From Paraspadella gotoi (Eukaryota > Animalia > Chaetognatha), in contig CM119269.1 in NCBI GenBank assembly GCA_051294375.1, positions 394,910-458,909 on the forward strand: a stretch of 64,000 nt of DNA, written 5' to 3'. Positions 23,706 through 44,400 of the stretch are shown piece after piece (within the stretch, counting starts at the first letter, position 1; each line of letters starts with the position of its first letter). The translations under genes were made by a program, and so were the position numbers. The notes below the pieces were generated by a model. That model saw nothing but the letters and a program-made list of their open reading frames with translations. It did not search any database and was not told where the DNA came from.

Positions 23706-24239
23706 TATATATATAATAAAAAATAAATAAAAGAAAGGTAAAAAATGTTACAATGGTTTACAATTGGAAACTTTTCCATTTTTTTCCAATCGCGCAGCTT
23801 GTAAAAGATTTTATTTTTATTTGTATTAAAATTAAGATATAGCTTCTCATTAAAAAAATCCTTTGAGTTCCCATTTTTATTAGAAATTTAAAAAAATTTT
23901 TTTGAATTTCATCTTCAATATTATATACTGCAATATGTAAATTAGCTTAAAGCATTTCTAATATACTAATTTGGATATTATAATGAGTACTATAATCTCA
24001 TTTGCATATTGCAGTAAATCATAATGAAGTGGAAATTCAAACAAAAAATACTTAAACCAAAATGTAATATGAAAATATCACAGCTATTTCAAGATGAAAA
24101 GCCATATCTAAATTTTTAACTTACTATGATCGCACCCTTTGTTAAAACTTTATCATAATTCAATAATTTTTATTTAAAAAAAACGGTAAGTCACAGCCAA
24201 CCTATAAAAGCGTAGTAGTTTTTATTTATATGAAACAGC

Positions 24240-24332
24240 GTGACCACGACGACGACGACGACGACGCCACAAAGAAGCAACCCTAAAACATTATAGAGCC
24301 TTGACCCGGCTTCGCCGGTCAAGGCTCGATAA
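24240..24332 (+). mobile_element. HINE/pearl-like 3' end: (GAC)n followed by a terminal hairpin
   Basis: gagccttgacc-cggcttcgcc-ggtcaaggctc stem-loop after acgacgacgacg. Confidence 0.5.
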
Positions 24333-24958
24333 TAAAAAATCGTAACAACAAATCATAACAAACTTCTTAATAAATCTAAGTAAAAATCTAAAAATCAATC
24401 GATCAATCAATCAACCAATCATCAATCTATACATCCAATAACTAGTAAGTAAAATTTAATATCAATGGTAGACGGACGGACGGACGGACGGACTGAAAAA
24501 AATATTTAATGCTACTATGATAGTAATAAAAAACTATGATTGAATAATAATGATTCATTGAGTTTTAGTAGAGCTAAAATAGAGAGAGAGAGAGAGATAG
24601 ATATATATATATATATATTACAGATCATAACATACGATCCTCTCACGATTATCACTTCACGATTATCACTTCACGATTCACCCTTTTTAATTTATTATTT
24701 TCAATTCTTGATTAGAAAAATAATTTTAAAAAATTAATAAAGAGACTTTCCTACCCACACAAAATTTCTTCTCAATCCATCCATCCAATTATAATGACGG
24801 ACAGACGGATGGATTTAAGTGAATGACCGACAATTTTGTAAGGGTGGACCGATGGACCGACAATGTGAATTGTAGATCTGATAAGCAGATCCGACTAAAA
24901 AGTAAAGGAGAAAACTGAAAAAGTAAGTGAATCTGGAAAAGTAAAAAGTGAACTTTCC

Positions 24959-32922
<7,964 letters not shown>

Positions 32923-34009
32923 ATCTGTGAATGAGGAGTGAGACCACGAGGGGGAGGACTACATGAGATTGGTCGAATTTAAACATACGAGATGAGACTC
33001 AGCAAATGTTATTTTTATAATTTATCTCTTACTCAACTATTGACTAATATGATTTATAGTATTACTTGCGTTATGATCATTTCATATGTACGCGAAACGG
33101 ACATACTGACTTACGCAAACAGACTCACCGAAAACATTGAATATTACGCTTAAGAAGTTTATAAATCTGTTTTTATTGTTTATTTTCTCCCCCGCTTTTT
33201 TTTCAGTTTAAGGGGGGGATTTTCTCCTGGCCGCGCGGTGACGGACCCGTATCATTCTCGCGTCCATTTCGATGTTTTAGGTCCAAAAAAGTCCGTCCGT
33301 TCGTCGGCTTCCATAATATTAGTCAATATTCGAAAGCGACTCGTAACACGTTGTTGCGAATTCGTTAAATAGATTTTGTATAAAAGAGATAATTTGGTTT
33401 TTCTTAAAAATCTCAGAATTAAAAATCCAGGAAAGCCTCAGCAAATTGTCTCGCTCTCTCTCTCGGCCTCCGCTGCAGAAGATGAAGAGATTCCGTCCGT
33501 CGACGACAGAGGGCGACAACGATAGAGACGACGAAAAGGGAAATGAAAATCGAACAAAAGAACAGATGATGTTAACACTTTTTTGTTTAATTGTATTAAA
33601 AATCGTTGTGTATCTTAATGTTATTTTTAATCTTCATATTTTATAGAAATTAAATTTTTTGTCCTCTCTTTATTTCCTACATTAGACTAAAAATCTTAAG
33701 ATATCAGTTATCTGTAGAGTTTCAATTATTCAAATTTTCTTTTTTCCGAAAGTAAAACTTTTTCAGTATTTAAGGTAATGAGTTTTTGCAATACTACATA
33801 AGCTTATTGTATTAAACTAAAAAATTCTTGTAACAAAAAAAAAGAAGGATAGTTTTTTTAACCAAACAACAATATAATTTTATTGGCTACATTTTACAGA
33901 TAAGAGTTATTAATAAATGATTAATAAAAATAATCAGTCCAAGATCCATGTTAATAGATTAGATTAATATTTACAAATAGTCCCAGTGATAAAATGTTAT
34001 TCCCAGGTG

Positions 34010-37000
34010 TTATCCTTCTTGAATCAGAAAATCCAAGTTGATGTTGACCGCCTCGGTATGAGGTTTTCCAAGAAAACGGTTAAGCATCCGTTGCATGAAT
34101 CGTTGATACTTTTCGCTCTCCCCTGTAATAAAATCATTATTGTAAATTGGACTAATAAATAATACGACTAATATTACCAATGTTTGACATACATTGAATT
34201 AAACTTTTAAAGACACTTTTTAAAAATTTGGAAACGCGTATAGTTTTTTTTTTTAAGTTCTGTCTAAAACAACCTTGTTTAATATTTAATCTAGAATAAG
34301 TAAAATGACAATTTTTAAAATTTAAATAATTCCGCCTCAGAATCCCAAGCGCCCTCTATCGGCTGACCTTGCAAGACCCAATAGTCTTCGTCGTCAAAGA
34401 CTCTTGTCTCGTCTGGTCTTTCCCAAATCGGGAGACGCAAGATCAAACCGGTGATGGCGCCACCAATGATTGCAATGGCCAATGTGACCACGATGGCCTC
34501 GAACTGACGACCCGCTTGTTGAGATCCGCTTAAACTGGAAACGGAAAAAAAATATAAACACTACGACAACGATAACCAATCATTAAATAATAAAATAAAT
34601 AATTACAAACGTTAACATAAAAAAAACATATTTTACATTAAATGTTTTTCAAATTTTTAATTTTTATATGTTTTTTTTTTAACCCAAATTTAACAGAAAA
34701 GTAATCATAAAATATACCTACCCCAATCCAAATTTTTTAACATCCAGCAAACAATTATATTCGTTCATGGCAGGATTCATTGCAGGGTAAGTAACCATGG
34801 TAACCTCACTGTTTGGATACCAGTGAGCGAATGCGGGAAAGATACCGCTGGCGATACCGCCCATAAGACCAGCCAATCCTTAAACGTTTGGGAATTTAAT
34901 ATATTATTAGGTCTAGAAGGAGATGATAATTATCTATGTTGTAAAAATTATTACATCCTTACTCTTGGATGTTCCAAAAAAATTTTTCAATGCATTTTTA
35001 AAATGAATTAAATTAATCAACTATTATGGTGGATGAAAATCCACCAACCATTCATCAGCGTCCATTGGTACCGGAGGCAAATCATTCGCCTCCCAACCCA
35101 AAGGTCCGGGGTTCTCGCCCGGTGGTCGTCTGGCAGTTAAGAGGGACGGGGTGCTTAACCCGCCTGTAACACAGTGTTACAGCCTGATCCGAAGCTCAGG
35201 GACTGCTTATATTGAACGGTTCTGTCACTAACACATAACAATAATTACTGTCTCTTCACTATTTGATTTTCTAATAAATAAATATTTTAAATTGTTTTTC
35301 AATTATTTTCATTCTGGTCGTTGGTCCTACGTTAGAAACGAAAAAAAATTTAAACACTTAAATAAGCACTTATCAAAAATAATATTTTATCACTATATCT
35401 TTATTTATTATCACCGTGTAGACTGTGAACTCCTCTAGAATCGTGAATTTTCAAGAATTTCCTCATGAGAGGAACGAAATATTCTTGCGCATGCGCAGTC
35501 GTCATTCCCGCCAAAACTCCGATCAAGATGGCTGCCCAAGGCGCGATGTAGGCATTGGCGAGGGCGCCCATTGCCACGCCTCCTGCCAGGCAAGCTTCTT
35601 GCACGTGGAACATGTCCAGTTCACCGAAGCCACTGAGGAATTGGGACATTGCGATGGAACCAATTGCGGAACCGGCGATGCTCCATCGGGTGTTGGCCAA
35701 AGCGACAGTCTGATCCGATCCTGGGATTGATCGATAGATTGATCGATCGTAAATAATTGATTATTTAAATATTAAAGATTTGATTTAGTGTTTTTTTTTT
35801 TACGACATCTTAAGTGTTTAGGATTGTTTTGAGTGTATTATGTTTTGGAAACACTCAATTTGAGTTACCAGAATGTTTCAATTTTATTTTATTTTGTGGA
35901 ATTTTTCTTCGTGAGCCTATTATGAAGCTTATACAATATACAATATACAACTATTATAAAAACCACGAAACTATCCCCGTACCAAGAAAGGAATAAGCAC
36001 CAAGAGAGTTTGACTTCCATATAAAGAAAAAGATATGTATAAATCGTATGTTACAATTTTTTATGTTCATAATTTAATATTAAGTATTTATATCCCTTTC
36101 TGATATTATTTACCTGTCAAATTTCTTGCATTGAACGAAGGCCACATCGCCCAGAGAAACGCCATTCCCAACAAAGCAAATGAGTTGGATTCTTTAGACG
36201 ATTTGTATTTCATATTCCCGCGCAAATATCTCTTATACAAAAGGCGAGAGACAGACAGACCAAAATAAGCGCCAAAGACGTGGACGAGAATGGATCCGCC
36301 TTCGTCAACCGCGGCGAGGTGATGCTGACAGACATAGGCGTTGATCGAGTAGAGAATGATCTCAATTATGCCCATCGCTGTCAGCTGTGATGACAAAGGG
36401 AATGAAGCAAAAAGAGAATGGAAAAATTAAGAAGAAAGGGAAGATATCTTTGTGATTTGATTTAATGATTATGACAAACCCTGTCAACTGGGATATTAAA
36501 TATGAAAGAACGGTGGCCATTAGATTTTTGTCAAAACTGTAGTTTGTATCTTTTCCTTGTTATGTGAGATTTGGTTATAAAGTAGCAGAGTTTTTATTTG
36601 TATTAAACAACGAGTTTTTCAAAATATTTGGACATGTTTCGGTCCTGGATTCAGACCTTAGTCAGCGCATTTGACAAATTTGAGATTGTCAAGATTGTCA
36701 AATTTGTCAAATGAGCTGACGAAGGTCTGAATCAAGGACCGAAACATGTCCAAATATGAAATGACATTTCTCGCACACACTCCATCACAGACCTGCAACG
36801 GCGACACGACGCCCAAAACTGCGCCGTAGCTGATCAAAACAGCAAAGACTCCGGCGTCGGCGTCGATCAAAGTCTTCAAAGTCAATTTGACGGAATTTCT
36901 ATCTTTTTCTAAAACCGGAATCGTTTCCACTCTCTTCTCTGGGGAGGGGGGAGGCAATCAATAAATCAATCAATCAATCGGTCGAAAATTCAATTGGCTA

Positions 37001-38853
37001 ATTATTTACTTTATGAATCCAACTGCCATACAATAAAAATCTCATCGTTGAATATAGTTTATCAATCAACGATTAACTTAAGTCAATTAAGTCAATAAAT
37101 TACTCAGTTAATGACTAAATAGCTAAATCACTAATTCAATCAATCAATCTCATTAAATGTGAGAGACAAAACAATCGGTCAGCCTTCCACTAAATACCTC
37201 TGATTTGAAAGAGCTTGAAGTAATTATTTCCACTAGCTCCACCTAGTTGCACCCGAAGATTTTCGTCTAGAGCGTCTCCATTTTTTAAGGCGACGCTTTG
37301 AATGTTGTTCACGAAAAGACTTTGCAAGGCGCGAGACTTGGCCGTGTCCCCTCGAACCAGGATCAGGTCAACGTCCGTTTTGTTCAACCAATGTTCGTTC
37401 AACTGCATCGTCGTTCGTGACGTCAGATGGAATTTGTCAGAATCTTTAAGGGGAGCAGGAAGTTAGGGATGGGGAGTTTTAAGGGGAGAAGGAAGTTAGG
37501 GATGGGGAGTTTTAAGGGGAGAAGGAAGTTAGGGATGGGGAGTTTTAATATATATATATAACTAATATAATAATTAACGGAAAAGTTTTGGAAAGATAAA
37601 TATATTGTCGCCAATATCAATGATACTGAATCTAAACTCATAAAAAGATTGAAATTGAAGAGACAGTGATAATTGTTATGTGTTAATGACAGAACCGTTC
37701 AATATAAGCAGTCCCTGAGCTTCGGATCAGGCTGTAACACCGTGTTACAAGCGGGTTAAGCGCCCCGTCCCTCTTAACTGCCAGACGACCACCGGGCTAG
37801 AACCCCGGACCTTTGGGTTGGGAGGCGAATGACTTGCCTCCGGCACCAATGGCCGCTGATAAACGGTTGGTGGATTTTAGTCCACCATAAAATTATCTTT
37901 TGACGAATGATTCTCCAAATGGAGAGACCGGAAAGACCGACCAAAATAGTCAATATTATTTTAGTATAATTAACCAATGATTTTGATTAAAGGAATTTTA
38001 ATCAAAAGATTTAATTTATTAAGTTTTCATAAACGGTTAATGAGCAAATCTTAATTAATTTTTGACTGGTGTTCATTTGTTTTTCCTTCTCACCGACTGT
38101 GGCGCATTTGGTCGTCGACTGATTCCAGTACAACCATCCGTTGACCAGTAGATGAATCTGTGCGCAGAGAACGACCACGTAGAGAGTGTAGCCTGACCCG
38201 CAGTGGGTGAGTCGTTCCAGGAACGTGTAGAGGAACCCGATCCCAAAAACGACCATCACGTGAACATCCTGGCCGATAGCGATAGCGATAGCGATAGCCA
38301 ATTAGAATTTTGAACAATAATCATCAAAAACAACTACATTTATACTACATCATTGGTGCTTGCTGCTAAGCTGCTTAGCCTACATCATTGTTTGCTGCAA
38401 AGCCAACATCGTTGTTACTTGCTAAAAAAAATCAAATCACAGTATTGGTTACTGCAAGGCCAACCACAGTATTGGTTGCTGCATAGCCAACCACAGTATT
38501 GGTTGCTGCATAGCCATCCACAGTATTGGCTGCTGCAAGGCCAACCACAGTATTGGTTGCTACAAGGCCAACCACAGTATTAGTTGCTGCAATTCCATCA
38601 TCACCGTTACTTGCTACAAGGCTCTCATAGATTTCACACTTTTATTATCACATCTCACCTGAAATTTAACATATTGAATGTGAGAAATGGTTTTGTCTTT
38701 TCCAGAGTCAATTTCCGGTGGGGAATCGGAGCCCTTCGCGTCGTCGTCATATTCGACTAAAGTTCCGAACAAAATAATGAAGACGATTTGAGTAGTTAAG
38801 TAAAATTTGGAAAAACTTTTGTAATGCCAAATTCGGCGTAAAATCTGGAACAT
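34010..38853 (-). CDS. Rh-family ammonium transporter, divergent paralog. Exons approx. 38853-38659, 38268-38094, 37443-37198, 36938-36793, 36384-36114, 35720-35415, 34878-34722, 34535-34369, 34122-34010
   Basis: [84 protein letters not shown]. Confidence 0.9.
35025..35258 (+). mobile_element. tRNA-twister solo-LTR-like element, copy B
   Basis: TATGG...TTCA ends, 4-bp TSD CTAT, tRNA-like head 35058-35129, twister 35133-35206. Confidence 0.9.
35133..35206 (+). ncRNA. Twister ribozyme, type P5
   Basis: P5 gcagtt/gactgc; gagg GA CGG; ggtgct; TAA ccc GC; P3 ctgtaaca/tgttacag; P4 cctga/tcagg; L4 tccgAAGC (CCG pairs with CGG). Predicted cut at 35156/35157. Confidence 0.78.
36624..36757. mobile_element. 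Inverted pair of Penelope-type minimal hammerheads
   Basis: Plus 36716-36750 CTGACGA-A-GGTC-tgaatcaag-GACC-GAAAC-ATGTC. The inverted copy on - has CTGACtA. Confidence 0.78.
37445..37548. repeat. 33-bp tandem repeat, 3 copies, including the acceptor end of an intron
   Basis: tttaaggggagaaggaagttagggatggggagt units. Confidence 0.85.
37656..37889 (-). mobile_element. tRNA-twister solo-LTR-like element, copy C (twister 37708-37781 on -)
   Basis: TG...CCATA on +, 4-bp TSD AAAT, intact twister core with P1 region ggcgct. Confidence 0.9.
38436..38592. repeat. 27-bp intronic minisatellite
   Basis: ccacagtattggttgctgcaaggccaa units; source of the QPQYWLLH ORF. Confidence 0.85.
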
Positions 38854-39173
38854 CGTGTTTTTTTTTTTTGTTTTTTTTTTGTCTTGAGACTAAAGATAAA
38901 AATTAAAGACAATTTAATGTGAAAGTGTTAATAACCATGCAATAAATATGTCCACAAGTAAACCTTTCGTTAAGCCCCGTAATAATTAGTAATAATTAGT
39001 TTGATTTTTAACTTTTGCCAAATAGAAAGCCAATAGGTTTACGCTCAGTTTTGATTTACAATCACTTTTATAAAGTAATGATGACCATCCGGAGGTATAA
39101 AATGCCAAAAAAAAGACAAATATTTAGAAAAACTGTGCCAAAGACTGTAACATTAAGTATGACGCAGTCAGTT

Positions 39174-41279
39174 TCATTGTTTGATAAACGCTCGTCTGTC
39201 TTCTCCCACGATTTTTCTTCCGTCTTTTATGGTTTTACTGATGTTTCCTGAAAAATATAAGAAAACGAGTTTGAGCACACAACTCCTGGTTTCACGCGGG
39301 CATTTGGCGGTAAGCAGCGAATCAGATGATTAATCTTACCATTTCTTTTTTAATTTAATACAATTTAACAACAATATTTATAATTTATAGTTTTTTTATA
39401 TGGTATTTGCTTTCATTCAGGTGATAATGCAGGTTATGATCGTTAAGATTTTTATGGTGGTTAACTGGTTATGGTAGCATATTTTTATTATGTTTACATT
39501 TCTTATAAAAGGAAAAACAAATTAATTAGTTAACTGTAATTTATGTTTTTTATTTTAAAATTTCAGAATAAAATTAACCTAATTTCCAAAAATCTTCATC
39601 GTCGTACAGCTGCTCGTCGTTAGGATTATCCCAAATCGAAAGTCGCATAATTAATCCAGTAAAGATTCCACCGACAAGAGCGAAGACCAAAGTGACCACC
39701 TGAGCGGCCATTTGGTGACCGCCTTGTTTTAAGGAGCTCCATCTGTGGGTTTAGTCAGAAAATGTGGAGAACAATCATTGGTATAATTAAGTATAAAGAG
39801 ATTCTGTGGAGCGGGATGAAATTAAGCTTCAAAGTCGAAAACGTTATGTGGCTTATTACTTTTAAATACTTCGTTCCATTTTTTTCTATTAAGCCTTTAA
39901 TATTTTCATTCAAATATTTTTTAAACGGGATTATATGAACCTACTACGCCCAACCTTCATAATTTGGCTCTCTTTTCCAAAAACGTCCAATTTCTGTTCC
40001 TTAATCCTTAAACTTAATTTTAACGCTAATATTTAACCCTAATCTGTTACCAATCTTTAATCTTTTAATCCTAAATCCTAATCCTTGATACCTAAATCCT
40101 TGATTCCCTATCCTAAACTTGAACCGAATCTAATTCCTAATTTAAGATGAAATAGGGCGTTATGGGAATATAAGGCCCTTAATTAAACTTTTTTCCTTAC
40201 CTTCATTATCCCCGACTTACCCTAAGCCAAAAAACACATCTTTCCCTTCATTGATTCTCATGCGACAAAGAGCTTCGTTCGGTTGAGGAGCCATTGCGGG
40301 AAACACCCTGTAGAGGCTGCTTCCGTATTTTTCCTCTGTAGCAACGCCGGCGACGATGGCGCTCCCGACGCCGGCGATGAGCGCCGGGACACCTGGCGGA
40401 AAAATGAGATGGCGTGGTTGTTGGAGTTTTTTTTCCTTTGTGGATCTCAAATATTTCTTTATGGATTTACATTACACCGTTGACTTGCACTTTATTAATA
40501 ATTATTTTTTATTATTATATTATTATTTATTATTATTTTATTATTATAAATTTCATATTAAACTATTAGTTTTTATCAGTTCTTTAAACGTCATCACAAG
40601 CACAGGGAGTATAGTACGTAATTGAATTAATATTTATTATAATTGCAGGAATTGCTACATTGTTTGTTTTTGTATTTGAATTTACCTTTACGAAATCATA
40701 TGGTAACCATGTATAAAAGTATAATTAACTTAATATAGATTTAAAAATGTTTTATCACAGACTCTCTCTCTCTCTCTGTCTCTCTCTCCCTCTCCCTCTC
40801 TCCCTCTCTTTCTTTCCGAAGCAGAGCACTCTCATGAAATTAGCATCATTAAAATGATTAAGTAGTAAAAAAAATATTTTGTTCATATTGTCTTGGGAAC
40901 AGAGATTCAGATTCATATTCTTCATAAAAAGTTAAATCAAAATATAAAACATGTTATCCAATATTCTGTCGTCTTCAGCATTTAAAATTTTATTCTCTGT
41001 AGTATAAACTTATATATGTTCAACCGTTTTAGTCATTTTTTGCGGCTTAAAAAGTAAAATATTATATAACATATCATCTAAAAGTTTCTTAGTTTTTTAC
41101 GGCGAATCCAAATCAGTTCTTAAAAATAAAGAAAAATTATTTTAAAATTTTATAAGGATATTACTACATAAATAATTGAATTTACTCTCTTCTCTCTCTC
41201 TCTCTCACTGTGTAGATTATTCACCCCGCACATATCATGAATCCCAAGATTCTTCACTCCCCACAGAGTCACATATTCA

Positions 41280-41327
<48 letters not shown>

Positions 41328-41348
41328 CATCTCTCTCTCCTCTTTCTT

Positions 41349-41412
<64 letters not shown>

Positions 41413-44400
41413 GTGTAGATTATTCACTCCACACGTATCATGAGTTCCAAGATTCTTTGCTCCCCACAGAGTCACATATTCATAACCAAGAACAGAGATG
41501 GCGCCAGAGACGACACCGACAAGCAACGCCCCCCATGGTTGGATCATCATGTCCGCCATTGCGCCGACGGCGACGCCTCCCGCCAGCGTCGAATTTTGCA
41601 CATGGATCATATTGAGTTTTCCTTCAGGATGAACCATTGAAGAAACGGCTACTGCTGTACCGGCCGAGGCGGCCAGAGCGAGATAAGTGTTAATCACCGC
41701 TCTGTGTTGTTCGTGACCTGGAAAAATAAAGGAAAATAAAGGAAAATAAAGGAAAATAAAGGAAAATAATGGAAAATAAAGGAAAATAAAGGAAAATAAT
41801 GGAAAATAAAGAAAAATAATGGAAAATAAAGAAAAATAAAGGAATAAAGGAAAGAATCGGAAAAATTAAGTTTTTAACCTTTCCTCTCTCTTCATTCTTT
41901 TTTGTAGTTTTTCTCATTTCTCTGTTTCTATTTTTAAATAATTAAATAATTAAAATTATTTCTTTTCTTTCCTTCCTAAATTCCTCCCTTCCTCTCTCAC
42001 CGATATCTCTCCTCCTTTATCTCTTTTTCCTTCCTCCCTCTCTCCCTCCCCCTTTCCTCTTTCTCTTCCTCCCCCTTTCCCTCCTCTCTCCCTTCCCCTT
42101 TCCTCCTCTCTCCCTCCCTCTTTCTCCCTCTCTCCCGTCACTTTCCTCCCTCTCTCTCTTCCCCTTTCCTTCCTCCCTCTCTCCTCCTTTTCTCCCTCTC
42201 TCTCTCCCCCTTCTCTCCCTCCCCATTTTCTCTCTCTCTCCCCTTTCTTCCTCTCTCTCCCTCCCCCTTCCTCCTCCTCCCCCTTTTCTCCTCTCTCCCT
42301 CCCCCTTTCTCCCTCTCTCCCTCCCCCTTCCTCCCTCCCCTCTTCCCTTTCTCCCTTCTCTCTCCCCCCTTTCCTCCCTCTCTCCCTCCCCCTTTCCTCT
42401 CTCCCCCCTTTCCTCCTTTTCTCCCTCTCTCCCTCCCCCTTCCTCCCCTCTCCCTCCCCTCCTCTCCTCCTCCTCCCCCCTTTTCTCCCTCTCTCTCCCC
42501 CTTTCCTCCCTCTCTCCCTCCCCTTTTCCTTCCTCCCTCTCTTTACCAGCCGTGGCTCCCGAATTGAAAGATGGCCAATACATCCAGAGAAAGACCGTCC
42601 CACCATTCTCTCTCTCCCCTTTCCTCCCTCTCTCCCCTCCCCCTTTCCTCCCTTCTCCCTCCCTTTTTCTCCCTCTCTCCCTCCCCCTTTCCTTCCTCCC
42701 TCTCTTTACCAGCCGTGGCTCCCGAATTGAAAGATGGCCAATACATCCAGAGAAAGAGCGTCCCAACCATCGCGAAGAGATTCGACGTGTAGGTGGCGCC
42801 CTCTTTGAGAGACTCGTGCATTGGCGTCCGGTAAAGGACGCGTGCCACTGTGATGCCGAAATAAGCGCCGAAGGAGTGAACGAAGATGGAGTCGCCGGCG
42901 TCGACGGCGTGAAGAAATGAGCGACCGATCCATTCATTCACGTTGTAAAGGACGAGCTCTATCATTGTCATCACCACAAGCTTTGATGCAGTTTTTGATG
43001 GAGTGTTTCATGAGGTTTTGATGGGGTATAAAATTTATTGCTTAATTAAATGTCATTACTTCGTAATATAACTTCCGATTGAAAGAAAAAAGATGTCGAA
43101 AATGAGTTTTCATTGCTCGATCCTCATCCTCCTCTTCCCCTCCCTCTCCCGAGGATCCGTCCTTTTTAGTCCAGTCTTCGCGAGCCTCGAGTTCTACTAA
43201 CTTCCTTCTTTTCTAATACTATTCCGGCCAGGGACTTTTCCTCAATAAACATTATCGGTGCGATATACGTCTTATTCTTCAGCATTGTTTTAATAGAAAA
43301 ATAAAACAAGTTTGAGCAAACAATATCGGATCTGCCCACGATCATTATCGGTAAATAATTAAATAAAAATTAAATAATTCATGTTAATTAATTAATTAGG
43401 CAATTAATTAATTTGATCCCAAATGTTTGTTTTGATTGATTAATTGACTGATTAATAAAATATTGATTAATAAATTGACTAATTGATTAATTAACTGATT
43501 AATTATTTGTTTAATTAATACATCTTGCATTTACATTTAAGATAAAAATAAAAAGAAGCATTATCAATTAGCGAAACAGGTTTTTTAATTTTTTTCCATT
43601 TAAACTCATTTCCACTCAAACGATTCCATCGAAAGTTGATTTCCAGCTTAATCACACACTTTCCTACCCACATATACAATTTCAGGTTAATCGCCCCATC
43701 CACTCATGAGTAATTGGTGTTCAAATAATGATTTTTTATTTTTTTTTTACATTTAAACTTATTTCCACTCGGACGACTCCATCGAAACTTCATATCAAGC
43801 TCAATCACACGCTTCCCAACCCACACACAAAATTTCATGCCAATCCATCCATCCAATCACAAGTAATTGGTGTTTTTTTCTAAGATGGGACGGACAGACA
43901 GACAGACAGACAGACGGAAGACGGACGGACGGACATCATTTTTTTGCATAATTTATCATAATTCGATGTTCTGACATAATATAAGTGAATTCCCGACAAG
44001 ATTGAGGGGGCGGACCGAGGGACCGACAAAGTGAATTATACATTCGGGATCTAATTAAAATACAATTTAATACATAATTTTTAACATATTGGGTTTTCGC
44101 GACTGGCTCTCTTTTTCAAAGAGAAATTGTTTTTTTTATTTCAGAAAAAAAAAATTCAAAGGCCTCTTCTATGAATGCCCTGATTTTAATTTTATTTGTC
44201 TTAATATAAAAGTCTAATCTTTAACCTTAAATCCTCAACCCTAAATCCTAATACTGTAGCGGTAGTAAACCTAAACCGGAGTTCCTTAGCTCCTATCACC
44301 TTTTTAAAGACAAGAGATCATTCCATCTCAGACTTGCAGATGGGATACTTTCCTAACACCTTTTTAAAGCCAAGAAGTCATCCCATCTCTGACCTGTAGA

